DNA from: Escherichia coli
GTDB lineage: Bacteria > Pseudomonadota > Gammaproteobacteria > Enterobacterales > Enterobacteriaceae
Assembly: GCF_003018235.1 (NCBI RefSeq)
Contig: NZ_CP027439.1
Length of the DNA: 64,000 bases
Reading direction: 5' to 3' (one strand)
Below are positions 43,110 to 54,029 of the stretch, piece by piece. Each line of letters opens with the position of its first letter. Position 1 is the first letter of the stretch. Below the pieces are notes generated by a model. It searched no databases, had not been told where the DNA came from, and saw nothing but the letters and a program-made list of their open reading frames with translations. A program made the translations under genes and the position numbers.

Positions 43110-43799
43110 ATGTATCCGATGGATCGTATTCAACAAAAACATGCTCGTCAAATAGATCTGCTGGAAAATCTGACGGCAGTTATTCAGGATTATCCAAATC
43201 CAGCCTGTATCAGGGACGAAACTGGAAAATTTATTTTTTGCAATACGCTGTTTCATGAGTCATTTCTTACACAAGATCAAAGTGCTGAAAAATGGCTTCT
43301 GTCGCAGAGAGATTTTTGTGAATTGATCTCTGTCACAGAGATGGAAGCATACAGGAATGAGCATACGCATCTTAATCTTGTAGAGGATGTTTTTATTCAG
43401 AACAGATTCTGGACAATATCTATTCAGTCATTTCTTAATGGACACAGAAATATCATTCTGTGGCAATTTTATGATGCTGCTCATGTTCGTCATAAAGACA
43501 GTTATAATCAAAAAACGATTGTCAGTGATGATATCAGAAATATAATCAGAAGAATGAGTGATGATTCTTCTGTATCATCATATGTAAATGATGTCTTTTA
43601 CTTATATAGCACCGGAATCAGTCATAATGCTATAGCAAGAATATTAAACATATCCATCTCCACATCAAAGAAACACGCGTCTCTGATATGCGACTACTTC
43701 TCTGTTTCTAATAAAGATGAGTTAATCATCTTACTCTACAATAAAAAGTTTATTCATTATTTGTACGAGAAGGCTATGTGTATCATAAATACGCGTTAA
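43110..43799 (+). CDS. traJ: TraJ (transfer operon activator)
   Basis: SD gaggagg lies 5 nt upstream. 229 aa. AT-rich coding sequence typical of traJ. Confidence 0.85.
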   Translation: MYPMDRIQQKHARQIDLLENLTAVIQDYPNPACIRDETGKFIFCNTLFHESFLTQDQSAEKWLLSQRDFCELISVTEMEAYRNEHTHLNLVEDVFIQNRFWTISIQSFLNGHRNIILWQFYDAAHVRHKDSYNQKTIVSDDIRNIIRRMSDDSSVSSYVNDVFYLYSTGISHNAIARILNISISTSKKHASLICDYFSVSNKDELIILLYNKKFIHYLYEKAMCIINTR

Positions 43800-43897
43800 T
43801 AAAGTGTTAATAAAATATAGACTTTCCGTCTATTTACCTTTTCTGATTATTCTGCAAACATAAGTAGTAACCAGAAGATAAACAGCGGGAGGTGTTA

Positions 43898-44293
43898 TTG
43901 AAAAGATTTGGTACACGTTCTGCAACAGGTAAGATGGTAAAACTAAAATTACCTGTAGATGTGGAAAGTCTATTAATTGAGGCAAGTAACAGAAGCGGAA
44001 GAAGTCGATCGTTTGAGGCAGTAATAAGACTTAAAGATCATCTTCACCGCTATCCAAAGTTTAACAGGGCAGGGAATATCTATGGTAAGTCGCTGGTTAA
44101 GTATCTGACAATGCGTCTGGATGATGAAACTAACCAGCTACTTATTGCAGCCAAAAATCGTAGTGGATGGTGTAAAACAGATGAGGCTGCAGACAGAGTT
44201 ATTGATCATTTGATCAAGTTTCCTGATTTTTATAACTCGGAGATATTCAGGGAGGCAGATAAAGAGGAAGATATAACATTTAATACACTCTAG
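43898..44293 (+). CDS. traY: TraY (ribbon-helix-helix relaxosome protein), TTG start
   Basis: KRFGTRSATGKMVKLKLPVDVESLLIEASNRSGRSRSFEAV… F traY is known to initiate at TTG. SD gggagg lies 6 nt upstream. Confidence 0.85.
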   Translation: MKRFGTRSATGKMVKLKLPVDVESLLIEASNRSGRSRSFEAVIRLKDHLHRYPKFNRAGNIYGKSLVKYLTMRLDDETNQLLIAAKNRSGWCKTDEAADRVIDHLIKFPDFYNSEIFREADKEEDITFNTL

Positions 44294-44325
44294 TTTTATT
44301 CATTTATCCGAAATTGAGGTAACTT

Positions 44326-44685
44326 ATGAATGCTGTTTTAAGTGTTCAGGGTGCTTCTGCGCCCGTCAAAAAGAAGTCGTTTTTTTCTAAATTCACTCGT
44401 CTGAATATGCTTCGCCTGGCTCGCGCTGTGATCCCGGCTGCTGTTCTGATGATGTTCTTCCCGCAACTGGCAATGGCAGCACAGGGCCAGGACCTGATGG
44501 CAAGCGGTAACACCACGGTTAAGGCGACCTTCGGTAAGGACTCCAGTGTTGTTAAATGGGTCGTTCTGGCTGAAGTTCTGGTCGGTGCGGTCATGTACAT
44601 GATGACCAAAAACGTCAAGTTCCTGGCCGGTTTTGCCATCATCTCTGTATTTATTGCTGTGGGTATGGCCGTCGTTGGCCTCTGA
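44326..44685 (+). CDS. traA: TraA propilin (F-pilin)
   Basis: [52 protein letters not shown]|… matches F pilin closely. Confidence 0.95.
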
Positions 44686-44699
44686 CAGGAAATAAAACG

Positions 44700-45011
44700 A
44701 TGTCGGGAGACGAGAATAAACTTAAGAAATATCGTTTCCCGGAAACACTGACCAACCAGAGCCGCTGGTTTGGCCTGCCACTGGATGAACTGATCCCCGC
44801 AGCAATCTGTATTGGCTGGGGTATCACAACATCGAAATATCTGTTCGGTATTGGTGCAGCGGTTCTGGTTTATTTCGGGATTAAAAAACTGAAAAAAGGG
44901 CGGGGCAGTTCCTGGTTACGTGACCTGATTTACTGGTATATGCCAACAGCCCTGCTGCGCGGTATTTTTCATAATGTTCCCGATTCGTGTTTCCGGCAGT
45001 GGATTAAATAG
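44700..45011 (+). CDS. traL: TraL
   Basis: Gene order and size are consistent with F traL. Confidence 0.85.
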
Positions 45012-45032
45012 AACTGATACCAGGATTGTTAT

Positions 45033-45599
45033 ATGGAACACGGTGCCCGTTTAAGTACCAGTCGTGTAATGGCCATCGCCTTTATATTTATGTCAGTGCT
45101 TATTGTTCTCAGCCTCTCTGTTAACGTCATTCAGGGGGTGAATAACTACCGTCTTCAGAATGAGCAACGCACTGCCGTGACGCCAATGGCATTTAATGCC
45201 CCCTTTGCCGTGTCACAGAACAGTGCCGACGCCTCTTATTTACAGCAGATGGCGCTGTCATTTATTGCCCTCCGTCTGAATGTTTCATCAGAAACCGTCG
45301 ATGCCTCACATCAGGCGCTTCTGCAATATATCCGCCCGGGTGCACAGAACCAGATGAAAGTTATTCTGGCTGAAGAAGCGAAGCGTATTAAAAACGATAA
45401 CGTGAACTCAGCCTTTTTCCAGACCAGTGTTCGTGTCTGGCCTCAGTATGGCCGTGTGGAAATTCGTGGTGTGCTTAAAACCTGGATTGGTGATTCAAAA
45501 CCTTTCACTGATATCAAACATTACATCCTTATTCTGAAGCGGGAAAACGGGGTGACCTGGCTGGATAATTTCGGGGAAACAGACGATGAGAAAAAATAA
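45033..45599 (+). CDS. traE: TraE
   Basis: 188 aa, N-terminal membrane anchor. Gene order matches F. Confidence 0.85.
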   Translation: MEHGARLSTSRVMAIAFIFMSVLIVLSLSVNVIQGVNNYRLQNEQRTAVTPMAFNAPFAVSQNSADASYLQQMALSFIALRLNVSSETVDASHQALLQYIRPGAQNQMKVILAEEAKRIKNDNVNSAFFQTSVRVWPQYGRVEIRGVLKTWIGDSKPFTDIKHYILILKRENGVTWLDNFGETDDEKK

Positions 45600-46314
45600 T
45601 ACAGCAATAATATTCGGCGGCCTGTTTTTTTCCTGCAGCGTGATGGCCGGAGCCGGTACGCTGGCACCCACCGTGGTGCCAATGGTGAACGGTGGTCAGG
45701 CCAGTATTGCCATCAGCAATACCAGCCCGAATCTGTTTACCGTTCCCGGTGACCGGATTATCGCCGTGAACAGTCTGGATGGTGCCCTGACCAGTAATGA
45801 GCAGACCGCCTCCGGCGGTGTGGTGGTTGCCACCGTCAACAAAAAGCCCTTTACGTTCATTCTGGAAACAGAACGTGGTCTGAATCTTTCCATTCAGGCC
45901 GTTCCCCGTGAAGGCGCGGGGCGTACCATTCAGCTGGTCAGTGACCTGCGCGGAACCGGAGAAGAAGCCGGTACGTGGGAAACGTCCACGCCTTACGAAT
46001 CCCTGCTTGTGACCATCAGCCAGGCCGTCCGTGGCGGAAAATTACCCGCAGGCTGGTATCAGGTCCCGGTGACAAAGGAAACCCTGCAGGCCCCGGCGGG
46101 GCTGTCTTCAGTGGCAGATGCCGTATGGACGGGGAATCACCTGAAGATGGTCCGCTTTGCCGTGGAAAATAAAACGCTGTCTGCCCTGAATATCCGGGAA
46201 AGTGACTTCTGGCAGCCGGGAACCCGTGCCGTGATGTTCAGCCAGCCTGCCAGCCAGTTACTGGCAGGTGCGCGCATGGATGTGTATGTCATCCGTGACG
46301 GGGAGGGCAACTGA
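45586..46314 (+). CDS. traK: TraK (secretin-like)
   Basis: 242 aa with a signal peptide. Order matches F. Confidence 0.85.
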   Translation: MRKNNTAIIFGGLFFSCSVMAGAGTLAPTVVPMVNGGQASIAISNTSPNLFTVPGDRIIAVNSLDGALTSNEQTASGGVVVATVNKKPFTFILETERGLNLSIQAVPREGAGRTIQLVSDLRGTGEEAGTWETSTPYESLLVTISQAVRGGKLPAGWYQVPVTKETLQAPAGLSSVADAVWTGNHLKMVRFAVENKTLSALNIRESDFWQPGTRAVMFSQPASQLLAGARMDVYVIRDGEGN

Positions 46315-47741
46315 TGGCCAGTATCAATACCATTGTGAAACGCAAGCAGTACCTGTGGCTGGGGATTGTGGTTGTCGGTACAGCCTCCGCGATTGGTGGG
46401 GCACTGTATCTGTCTGATGTGGACATGTCCGGTAACGGTGAAACCGTGGCTGAACAGGAGCCTGTGCCGGATATGACCGGTGTGGTGGATACGACCTTTG
46501 ATGACAAGGTGCGTCAGCATGCCACCACAGAGATGCAGGTGACGGCAGCGCAGATGCAGAAGCAGTATGAGGAAATCCGTCGTGAGCTGGATGTTCTGAA
46601 CAAACAGCGCGGTGATGACCAGCGTCGTATTGAAAAGCTGGGACAGGACAATGCCGCCCTGGCAGAGCAGGTAAAAGCCCTGGGTGCTAATCCCGTCACG
46701 GCGACCGGTGAGCCTGTACCGCAGATGCCTGCCTCACCGCCCGGCCCGGAAGGCGAACCACAGCCAGGAAACACACCCGTATCTTTCCCGCCGCAGGGCA
46801 GCGTTGCTGTTCCACCGCCGACGGCGTTTTATCCCGGGAATGGTGTCACGCCACCACCACAGGTGACGTACCAGTCTGTGCCGGTGCCTAACCGGATACA
46901 GCGTAAGGTGTTTACCCGTAATGAGGGAAAACAGGGACCCTCGCTGCCGTACATTCCGTCAGGAAGTTTTGCGAAAGCCATGCTGATTGAAGGGGCGGAT
47001 GCCAATGCCTCTGTCACTGGTAATGAATCCACGGTGCCGATGCAGCTGCGTATCACCGGCCTGGTGGAAATGCCGAACAGCAAAACGTATGACGCAAAGG
47101 GATGTTTTGTGGGTCTGGAAGCCTGGGGGGATGTCTCCAGTGAGCGTGCCATTGTACGTACCCGCAATATCAGCTGCCTGAAGGACGGCAAAACCATTGA
47201 TATGCCGATTAAGGGGCATGTCAGCTTCCGGGGTAAAAACGGTATTAAGGGCGAAGTGGTGATGCGTAACGGCAAAATCCTCGGCTGGGCATGGGGCGCG
47301 GGATTTGTTGACGGTATCGGTCAGGGAATGGAGCGTGCTTCCCAGCCGGCTGTCGGGCTGGGTGCCACTGCTGCTTACGGGGCCGGCGATGTCCTTAAAA
47401 TGGGTATCGGTGGCGGCGCATCGAAAGCCGCACAGACGCTCAGTGACTACTACATCAAACGTGCCGAACAGTATCACCCGGTGATACCGATTGGTGCGGG
47501 CAACGAAGTGACCGTGGTGTTCCAGGACGGCTTCCAGCTGAAAACCGTGGAAGAGATGGCGCTGGAGCGCACGCAGAACAGAGCGGAAGAAGATAATCCG
47601 GAAAGTCCGGTTCCTGTTCCGCCATCAGCTGAAAGTCATCTTAACGGCTTTAATACTGACCAGATGCTGAAGCAGCTGGGCAACCTGAATCCGCAGCAGT
47701 TTATGTCCGGCAGCCAGGGAGGAGGCAACGATGGCAAATAA
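46314..47741 (+). CDS. traB: TraB (VirB10-like)
   Basis: 475 aa with a proline-rich region and a C-terminal VirB10-like domain. Confidence 0.9.
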   Translation: MASINTIVKRKQYLWLGIVVVGTASAIGGALYLSDVDMSGNGETVAEQEPVPDMTGVVDTTFDDKVRQHATTEMQVTAAQMQKQYEEIRRELDVLNKQRGDDQRRIEKLGQDNAALAEQVKALGANPVTATGEPVPQMPASPPGPEGEPQPGNTPVSFPPQGSVAVPPPTAFYPGNGVTPPPQVTYQSVPVPNRIQRKVFTRNEGKQGPSLPYIPSGSFAKAMLIEGADANASVTGNESTVPMQLRITGLVEMPNSKTYDAKGCFVGLEAWGDVSSERAIVRTRNISCLKDGKTIDMPIKGHVSFRGKNGIKGEVVMRNGKILGWAWGAGFVDGIGQGMERASQPAVGLGATAAYGAGDVLKMGIGGGASKAAQTLSDYYIKRAEQYHPVIPIGAGNEVTVVFQDGFQLKTVEEMALERTQNRAEEDNPESPVPVPPSAESHLNGFNTDQMLKQLGNLNPQQFMSGSQGGGNDGK

Positions 47742-48318
47742 TATGTCGTCCCGTCAGGCGTGCCATGCCGCCCGGTATGTTGTCGCCCGGGTTCTGCGAG
47801 GACTGTTCTGGTGTCTGAAATACGCCGTCATTCTGCCACTGGCCACAATGGCCCTGATGGCTCTGTTTGTTTTATGGAAGGACAACACCACGCCGGGAAA
47901 ATTGCTGGTTCAGGAGATCGAGTTTGTAAGGGGCAGAACGCCAGCGGGGTTATATCCGGTCCGATACTGCTCGAACAGTTTTGGTTCCGATTTAGCGATG
48001 CCTCCGTCTGTAACGTGCGGTTTTCGCCGGGGGGATGCTGCAGAATATGCCAGGGAGACTGACCGGTCACTGATGCAACTGTTCACCGCATTATGGGCAA
48101 CGCTGGCACTGATGTATGTCTCGCTGGCGGTGATCTCCGGAAAATGTCCGATGCGACCCGGAAAAATGAAATGTGTCCGGGTGGTAACCGCAGATGAACA
48201 TCTGAAGGAAGTTCTTACGGAAGATGCTTCCCTGCCGGAAAAAATCAGGAAATGGCCTGTTTATCTTCCTGATGACAGAACAAACAGAAACAACGGAGAT
48301 AAAAATGAACATGCGTAA
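47731..48318 (+). CDS. traP: TraP
   Basis: 195 aa, membrane protein. Order matches F. Confidence 0.8.
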   Translation: MANNMSSRQACHAARYVVARVLRGLFWCLKYAVILPLATMALMALFVLWKDNTTPGKLLVQEIEFVRGRTPAGLYPVRYCSNSFGSDLAMPPSVTCGFRRGDAAEYARETDRSLMQLFTALWATLALMYVSLAVISGKCPMRPGKMKCVRVVTADEHLKEVLTEDASLPEKIRKWPVYLPDDRTNRNNGDKNEHA

Positions 48319-48625
48319 TATTAATGTTATTACAGCCCTCTCTGTGCCGGGTAAAACCGTGTCAGATGATTTTATTCATGCTGTTCTCAGTAACTGCGCC
48401 ACAAGAATCGTACTTCCTGCACCGGAGAAATTCGGTTCTGAGTCATTGCCGCACAATTTTAATATGGCTGCTGTCGGTGTGATGAAGAAGGGTATGTCGA
48501 TGAGCTTATTTTCTTCTCCGGGGCATATTGTGGTTGCCGGACAATCCGGTGACGGAAAATCTGTTCCGGTGAAAGAACTAATCGACAGAATTATTCAGAA
48601 ATATAAGGAACCCTTCGATGAATAA
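48305..48625 (+). CDS. trbD: TrbD-like protein
   Basis: ORF between traP and trbG, in the F gene position. The start MNMRNINV is chosen by position. Confidence 0.55.
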   Translation: MNMRNINVITALSVPGKTVSDDFIHAVLSNCATRIVLPAPEKFGSESLPHNFNMAAVGVMKKGMSMSLFSSPGHIVVAGQSGDGKSVPVKELIDRIIQKYKEPFDE

Positions 48626-48869
48626 GCTGGTTTCTGATGGCAGCGTCAAAAAAATAAATTATCCGGTGCTGTATGAGTCCGTAATAACACCTCCGTTATG
48701 TGAAGTCAGTGCACCAGAACCTGATGCGGGTGGGAAACGCATTGTGGCATATGTTTATAAATCATCACGGAATACGGTTTTTGAAAATCCTGACATTGTA
48801 AAAACCTGTACGGTCAGGGATTTGAAGAATGATTTTGTGAACTGCGATGAGAAAGGTGAGGGACAATGA
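48618..48869 (+). CDS. trbG: TrbG
   Basis: 83 aa. Position and size match F trbG. Confidence 0.7.
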   Translation: MNKLVSDGSVKKINYPVLYESVITPPLCEVSAPEPDAGGKRIVAYVYKSSRNTVFENPDIVKTCTVRDLKNDFVNCDEKGEGQ

Positions 48870-49381
48870 AACAGATTTCTTTATTTATTCCTCTGCTGGG
48901 GACCTTATTACTTTCCGGCTGTGCCGGAACCAGTACGGAATTTGAGTGTAACGCCACCACATCCGATACCTGTATGACGATGGAGCAGGCCAATGAGAAG
49001 GCCAAAAAACTGGAGCAGTCCTCAGAAGCAAAGCCGGTTGCGGCATCACTGCCGCGCCTGGCTGAAGGGAACTTCCGGACAATGCCGGTGCAGACCGTCA
49101 CCGCGACCACTCCGTCCGGCAGCGGGCCTGTAGTGACTGCACTTCCGGAGCAGAAACTGCTGGCACCACGCCCGCTGTTTACCGCTGCCCGGGAAGTGAA
49201 AACGGTTGTTCCGGTCAGCTCAGTTGCGCCGGTAACGCCTCCCCGTCCGTTAAGAACGGGTGAGCAGACGGCAGCATTATGGATAGCACCATATATTGAT
49301 AATCAGGATGTTTATCATCAGCCATCCAGTGTGTTTTTTGTTATTAAACCATCTGCGTGGGGAAAACCACGTATTAATTAA
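48866..49381 (+). CDS. traV: TraV lipoprotein
   Basis: Lipobox LLLSGC. 171 aa, as in F. Confidence 0.9.
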   Translation: MKQISLFIPLLGTLLLSGCAGTSTEFECNATTSDTCMTMEQANEKAKKLEQSSEAKPVAASLPRLAEGNFRTMPVQTVTATTPSGSGPVVTALPEQKLLAPRPLFTAAREVKTVVPVSSVAPVTPPRPLRTGEQTAALWIAPYIDNQDVYHQPSSVFFVIKPSAWGKPRIN

Positions 49382-49515
49382 CTGGCCCTGAAGTTGTATA
49401 TCAGCCGGCAATGCCGGCGGGCTTTCTGTATTCAAAATCTGCCTGTAAAACGAGTGCCCTGTGCGTGAAAAGGGATGGGCGGTAGCGTGTCAGAACATGT
49501 CGGGAGGAATATTCC

Positions 49516-49737
49516 GTGAGTGATGAAGCCGATGAAGCATATTCAGTGACAGAACAGATGACCATGACAGGAATAAACCGGATACGCCAGAAAATAAATG
49601 CTCATGGTATTCCTGTTTATCTCTGTGAAGCATGCGGTAATCCTATTCCGGAAGCCCGGCGGAAAATATTTCCCGGTGTGACGTTATGTGTTGAATGTCA
49701 GGCGGATCAGGAAAGGCAGAGGAAACACTATGCATAA
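49516..49737 (+). CDS. traR: TraR (DksA-like zinc-finger protein)
   Basis: CEACGNPIPEARRKIFPGVTLCVECQ C4 zinc finger. 73 aa. Confidence 0.9.
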   Translation: MSDEADEAYSVTEQMTMTGINRIRQKINAHGIPVYLCEACGNPIPEARRKIFPGVTLCVECQADQERQRKHYA

Positions 49738-50203
49738 ATCAGAAACTGAAAAAATAGATTCTATCCTGGATGAACATCAACAGATATATCGCAGACATAA
49801 CCGAATAGATAACATCCTGGCGTTTTTTGCGTGTATTGCATGGATTCCCTGTATTATTGCTGCGTTCGGCGTTGATGGTATATATCTGAAAATCCTGTTT
49901 GCGGTCCTTGCCTGCTGTGGTGCGGTATGCTTTTTTATTTTCTTCTTCACCCTCCTGCCGGAATCACTCATGGTCCTCAGCCGTCAGAGCCTGCTTCAGC
50001 TTATGCGTCTGACTGAAGACGTACCGGATGCGAGACAGGAACTGCTTAACCGTCTGCTGTCCGGTAAAAAACTGACTGGTCGGAATGAAAAGGATATCCG
50101 GCGTCTCTGGCAGGATAAAGTGGATGCAATGCAGGAGTCTGCCACCCGTCAGCGTGAACAGGATACCATTCGGAAGTTTGCTGAAGAGAGTAAATCTGAA
50201 TGA
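49730..50203 (+). CDS. Hypothetical membrane protein inserted between traR and traC (not in F)
   Basis: 157 aa with two hydrophobic segments. Overlaps the traR stop by 8 bp. Confidence 0.5.
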   Translation: MHKSETEKIDSILDEHQQIYRRHNRIDNILAFFACIAWIPCIIAAFGVDGIYLKILFAVLACCGAVCFFIFFFTLLPESLMVLSRQSLLQLMRLTEDVPDARQELLNRLLSGKKLTGRNEKDIRRLWQDKVDAMQESATRQREQDTIRKFAEESKSE

Positions 50204-50527
50204 AAATCTGCTGTGTTTTATAACCTCATAAGTTAACTGAAGGAATATTCAGTGATTAATATTTAACTGGAGGTAATAAAGAATGCATACCTTTATCTTT
50301 CTTGTGCTGATGAAAAATGTTGGCGGTGGTGGTATCTGGAATATTACACCCATGCCAAATACGGATGTATGTGCACAGATCCTTCGGAGAATAGAAGCGC
50401 GTGGAGGCAGGGCTTAGGAAATTCAGGGGAGTGTATTGAAGTTAAAACAAATGAACCTTTGAACAACGTGATGGAAACACTGAATGGTGATGGGCAATGA
50501 GTGCTTACTGCTTCGAAGGAAAATGAA

Positions 50528-50890
50528 ATGAAGTCGATATATTTAAAATCTGTTCTGGCTTTTATATTTGTTGGCGTTATGGCTATGTTGATATGTGGTC
50601 TTTTTTACAATGATTACCTTGAGCAACAACCTGCAACACCAGAACAACTGACAGAGATTACACAGGATATCCCCTGTGCAGCAGAAGCATTTAAGGAAGC
50701 TATTAAGTCTGACACATCTGATTATCAGCCTGAACCTTTAAGTCTTGGTAAGGCAAAAGAGCTTGCATCAGCGTGTAGAGAAAGAAACGAAATGGCAGAG
50801 GTGAAACGGGTAAGAGAAAATGAGCGCAATAAGATTCGCGAAAAACAAATTCAGGCATTAAATGATGCTCATTCAGTAAAGGAACGTTAA
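50528..50890 (+). CDS. Hypothetical membrane-anchored protein between traR and traC (not in F)
   Basis: 120 aa with an N-terminal signal anchor and a charged coiled C-terminus. Confidence 0.45.
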   Translation: MKSIYLKSVLAFIFVGVMAMLICGLFYNDYLEQQPATPEQLTEITQDIPCAAEAFKEAIKSDTSDYQPEPLSLGKAKELASACRERNEMAEVKRVRENERNKIREKQIQALNDAHSVKER

Positions 50891-51015
50891 TCCTGGTTTC
50901 CTGTTAAAAGCCTCCATCTCTTATTTGTGCTGTGGTTTCAGGAATGGCACTGCGTGATATATCCACGGCCACAGACTGATATTTTCCTTTTTTAAACGCA
51001 CTAAGGAATACTCAT

Positions 51016-53646
51016 ATGAGTAATAACCCACTTGAGGCCGTCACTCAGGCGGTTAACTCCCTCGTCACAGCACTGAAACTGCCTGACGAATCAGCAAAGG
51101 CCAATGAAGTGCTGGGCGAAATGAGCTTCCCGCAGTTCAGCCGTCTGCTGCCGTACCGTGATTACAACCAGGAATCCGGTCTGTTCATGAATGACACCAC
51201 GATGGGCTTTATGCTGGAAGCCATTCCCATCAATGGGGCGAATGAGTCCATTGTGGAGGCCCTCGATCATATGCTGCGCACCAAACTGCCGCGCGGTATT
51301 CCGTTGTGTATCCATCTGATGTCCAGTCAGCTGGTTGGTGACAGGATTGAATACGGGCTGCGTGAGTTCTCCTGGTCTGGCGAACAGGCCGAACGGTTTA
51401 ACGCCATTACCCGTGCCTATTATATGAAAGCGGCAGCGACACAGTTTCCGCTGCCGGAGGGGATGAATCTGCCCCTGACCCTGCGCCATTACCGGGTGTT
51501 TATCTCGTACTGTTCTCCCTCGAAGAAAAAAAGCCGGGCTGACATTCTGGAAATGGAAAATCTGGTGAAAATCATCCGTGCCTCTTTTCACGGCGCAAAA
51601 ATCACCACACAGACAGTGGATGCACAGGCTTTCATCGAGATTGTCGGGGAGATGATTAACCATAATCCGGACTCTCTGTACCCGAAAAGACGTCAGCTGG
51701 ACCCGTATTCTGATCTGAATTATCAGTGTGTGGAGGACAGTTTTGATCTGAAGGTCCGGGCGGATTACCTGACGCTGGGGCTGCGTGAGAACGGCAGGAA
51801 CAGCACAGCCCGTATCCTGAATTTCCATCTGGCCCGTAACCCGGAAATCGCCTTCCTGTGGAACATGGCCGATAACTACAGCAATCTGCTGAACCCGGAA
51901 ATGTCCATTTCCTGCCCGTTCATCCTGACGCTGACACTGGTGGTGGAAGATCAGGTGAAAACCCACAGTGAAGCCAACCTGAAGTACATGGACCTGGAGA
52001 AAAAGTCGAAGACCTCCTATGCCAAATGGTTTCCGTCCGTGGAGAAAGAGGCGAAGGAGTGGGGGGAACTGCGCCAGCGGCTGGGCTCCGGTCAGTCTTC
52101 TGTCGTGTCCTACTTCCTTAACATCACAGCATTCTGCAAGGATAACAATGAAACGGCTCTGGAAGTGGAGCAGGACATTCTGAACAGCTTTCGTAAAAAC
52201 GGTTTTGAGCTGATTTCACCGCGCTTTAACCACATGCGCAATTTCCTGACCTGCCTGCCCTTTATGGCCGGGAAAGGGCTGTTTAAACAGCTGAAAGAGG
52301 CCGGTGTGGTTCAGCGCGCAGAGAGCTTTAATGTGGCCAACCTGATGCCGTTAGTGGCGGATAACCCCCTGACACCGGCAGGCCTGCTGGCACCCACCTA
52401 CCGTAACCAGCTGGCGTTTATCGATATCTTCTTTAAGGGGATGAATAACACCAACTACAACATGGCGGTCTGTGGCACCTCCGGGGCCGGTAAAACCGGG
52501 CTGATACAGCCACTTATCCGCAGCGTGCTGGACTCCGGGGGCTTTGCCGTGGTGTTCGACATGGGGGATGGCTACAAGTCTTTGTGTGAGAACATGGGGG
52601 GCGTATATCTGGACGGTGAAACCCTGCGCTTTAACCCGTTTGCGAACATCACTGATATTGACCAGTCAGCGGAGCGTGTCCGTGACCAGTTGTCGGTGAT
52701 GGCCAGCCCCAACGGTAACCTGGATGAAGTGCATGAAGGTCTGTTGCTGCAGGCGGTCAGAGCCTCCTGGCTGGCTAAAAAGAAGCAGGCGCGCATTGAT
52801 GATGTGGTGGATTTCCTGAAAAACGCCCGTGATAACGACCAGTATGTCGAGTCACCGACCATCCGCAGCCGTCTGGACGAAATGATTGTGCTGCTTGACC
52901 AGTACACTGCCAACGGCACTTACGGCCGGTATTTTAACTCTGATGAACCGTCCCTACGGGATGATGCCAGAATGGTGGTGCTGGAGCTGGGCGGACTGGA
53001 AGACCGTCCGTCACTGCTGGTTGCGGTGATGTTCAGCCTTATCATTTACATCGAGAACCGGATGTACCGCACGCCGCGTAACCTCAAGAAACTGAACGTC
53101 ATTGATGAAGGCTGGCGTCTGCTGGACTTCAAAAATCGTAAAGTTGGTGAGTTTATTCAAAAAGGTTACCGCACCTGTCGCCGTCATACCGGTGCCTATA
53201 TCACCATCACACAGAACATCGTCGACTTTGACTCTGACAAGGCATCCAGCGCAGCCCGTGCGGCATGGGGTAACTCCTCCTACAAAATTATCCTCAAACA
53301 GAGTGCGAAGGAGTTCGCGAAATATAACCAGTTATTCCCGGATCAGTTCCAGCCACTGCAGCGCGACATGATTGGTAAGTTTGGTGCGGCCAAAGACCAG
53401 TGGTTCAGTTCCTTCCTGCTGCAGGTGGAAAACCATTCCTCCTGGCACCGTCTGTTTGTGGACCCGTTAAGCCGTGCCATGTACAGCTCTGACGGCCCGG
53501 ATTTTGAGTTTGTGCAGCAGAAACGCAGAGAGGGTATGAGTATTCATGAGGCGGTGTGGCAGCTGGCGTGGAAGAAATCGGGGCCGGAGATGGCTTCGCT
53601 GGAGGCCTGGCTGGAAGAACATGAGAAATACAGGAGTGTTGCATGA
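51016..53646 (+). CDS. traC: TraC (VirB4-like conjugative ATPase)
   Basis: 876 aa. Walker A GTSGAGKT. Confidence 0.95.
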   Translation: MSNNPLEAVTQAVNSLVTALKLPDESAKANEVLGEMSFPQFSRLLPYRDYNQESGLFMNDTTMGFMLEAIPINGANESIVEALDHMLRTKLPRGIPLCIHLMSSQLVGDRIEYGLREFSWSGEQAERFNAITRAYYMKAAATQFPLPEGMNLPLTLRHYRVFISYCSPSKKKSRADILEMENLVKIIRASFHGAKITTQTVDAQAFIEIVGEMINHNPDSLYPKRRQLDPYSDLNYQCVEDSFDLKVRADYLTLGLRENGRNSTARILNFHLARNPEIAFLWNMADNYSNLLNPEMSISCPFILTLTLVVEDQVKTHSEANLKYMDLEKKSKTSYAKWFPSVEKEAKEWGELRQRLGSGQSSVVSYFLNITAFCKDNNETALEVEQDILNSFRKNGFELISPRFNHMRNFLTCLPFMAGKGLFKQLKEAGVVQRAESFNVANLMPLVADNPLTPAGLLAPTYRNQLAFIDIFFKGMNNTNYNMAVCGTSGAGKTGLIQPLIRSVLDSGGFAVVFDMGDGYKSLCENMGGVYLDGETLRFNPFANITDIDQSAERVRDQLSVMASPNGNLDEVHEGLLLQAVRASWLAKKKQARIDDVVDFLKNARDNDQYVESPTIRSRLDEMIVLLDQYTANGTYGRYFNSDEPSLRDDARMVVLELGGLEDRPSLLVAVMFSLIIYIENRMYRTPRNLKKLNVIDEGWRLLDFKNRKVGEFIQKGYRTCRRHTGAYITITQNIVDFDSDKASSAARAAWGNSSYKIILKQSAKEFAKYNQLFPDQFQPLQRDMIGKFGAAKDQWFSSFLLQVENHSSWHRLFVDPLSRAMYSSDGPDFEFVQQKRREGMSIHEAVWQLAWKKSGPEMASLEAWLEEHEKYRSVA

Positions 53647-54029
53647 CCACAACGCAAAAAACGACTGACGTTACAGCCCGTCGACGCAGCCACTGGTGGT
53701 GGACGGTGCCGGGATGCCTGGCAATGGTGTTACTGAACGCAGCCGTCAGTTACGGCATTGTCAGACTGAACGCACCAGTGACTGTCGCCTTCAACATGAA
53801 ACAGACCGTGGATGCGTTTTTTGACAGCGCCAGTCAGAAACAACTGTCAGAAGCACAGTCAAAAGCCCTTTCAGCGCGTTTTAATACGGCACTGGAAGCC
53901 AGCCTGCTGACGTGGCAGCAGAAACACCACGCGGTCATTCTGGTTTCGCCTGCCGTGGTACAGGGGGCACCGGATATCACCCGGGAAATCCAGCAGGATA
54001 TTGCCCGGCGGATGAGGGCGGAGCCATGA
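53643..54029 (+). CDS. trbI: TrbI
   Basis: 128 aa. Order matches F. Confidence 0.8.
   Translation: MTTTQKTTDVTARRRSHWWWTVPGCLAMVLLNAAVSYGIVRLNAPVTVAFNMKQTVDAFFDSASQKQLSEAQSKALSARFNTALEASLLTWQQKHHAVILVSPAVVQGAPDITREIQQDIARRMRAEP

Noticed and set aside
51091-51966. 291-aa minus-strand ORF and other antisense ORFs inside traC, traN, traG and the RND gene (e.g. 590..1060)
   Set aside because: They lie fully within strongly supported genes on the opposite strand. They have no RBS and carry a high-GC codon artefact.
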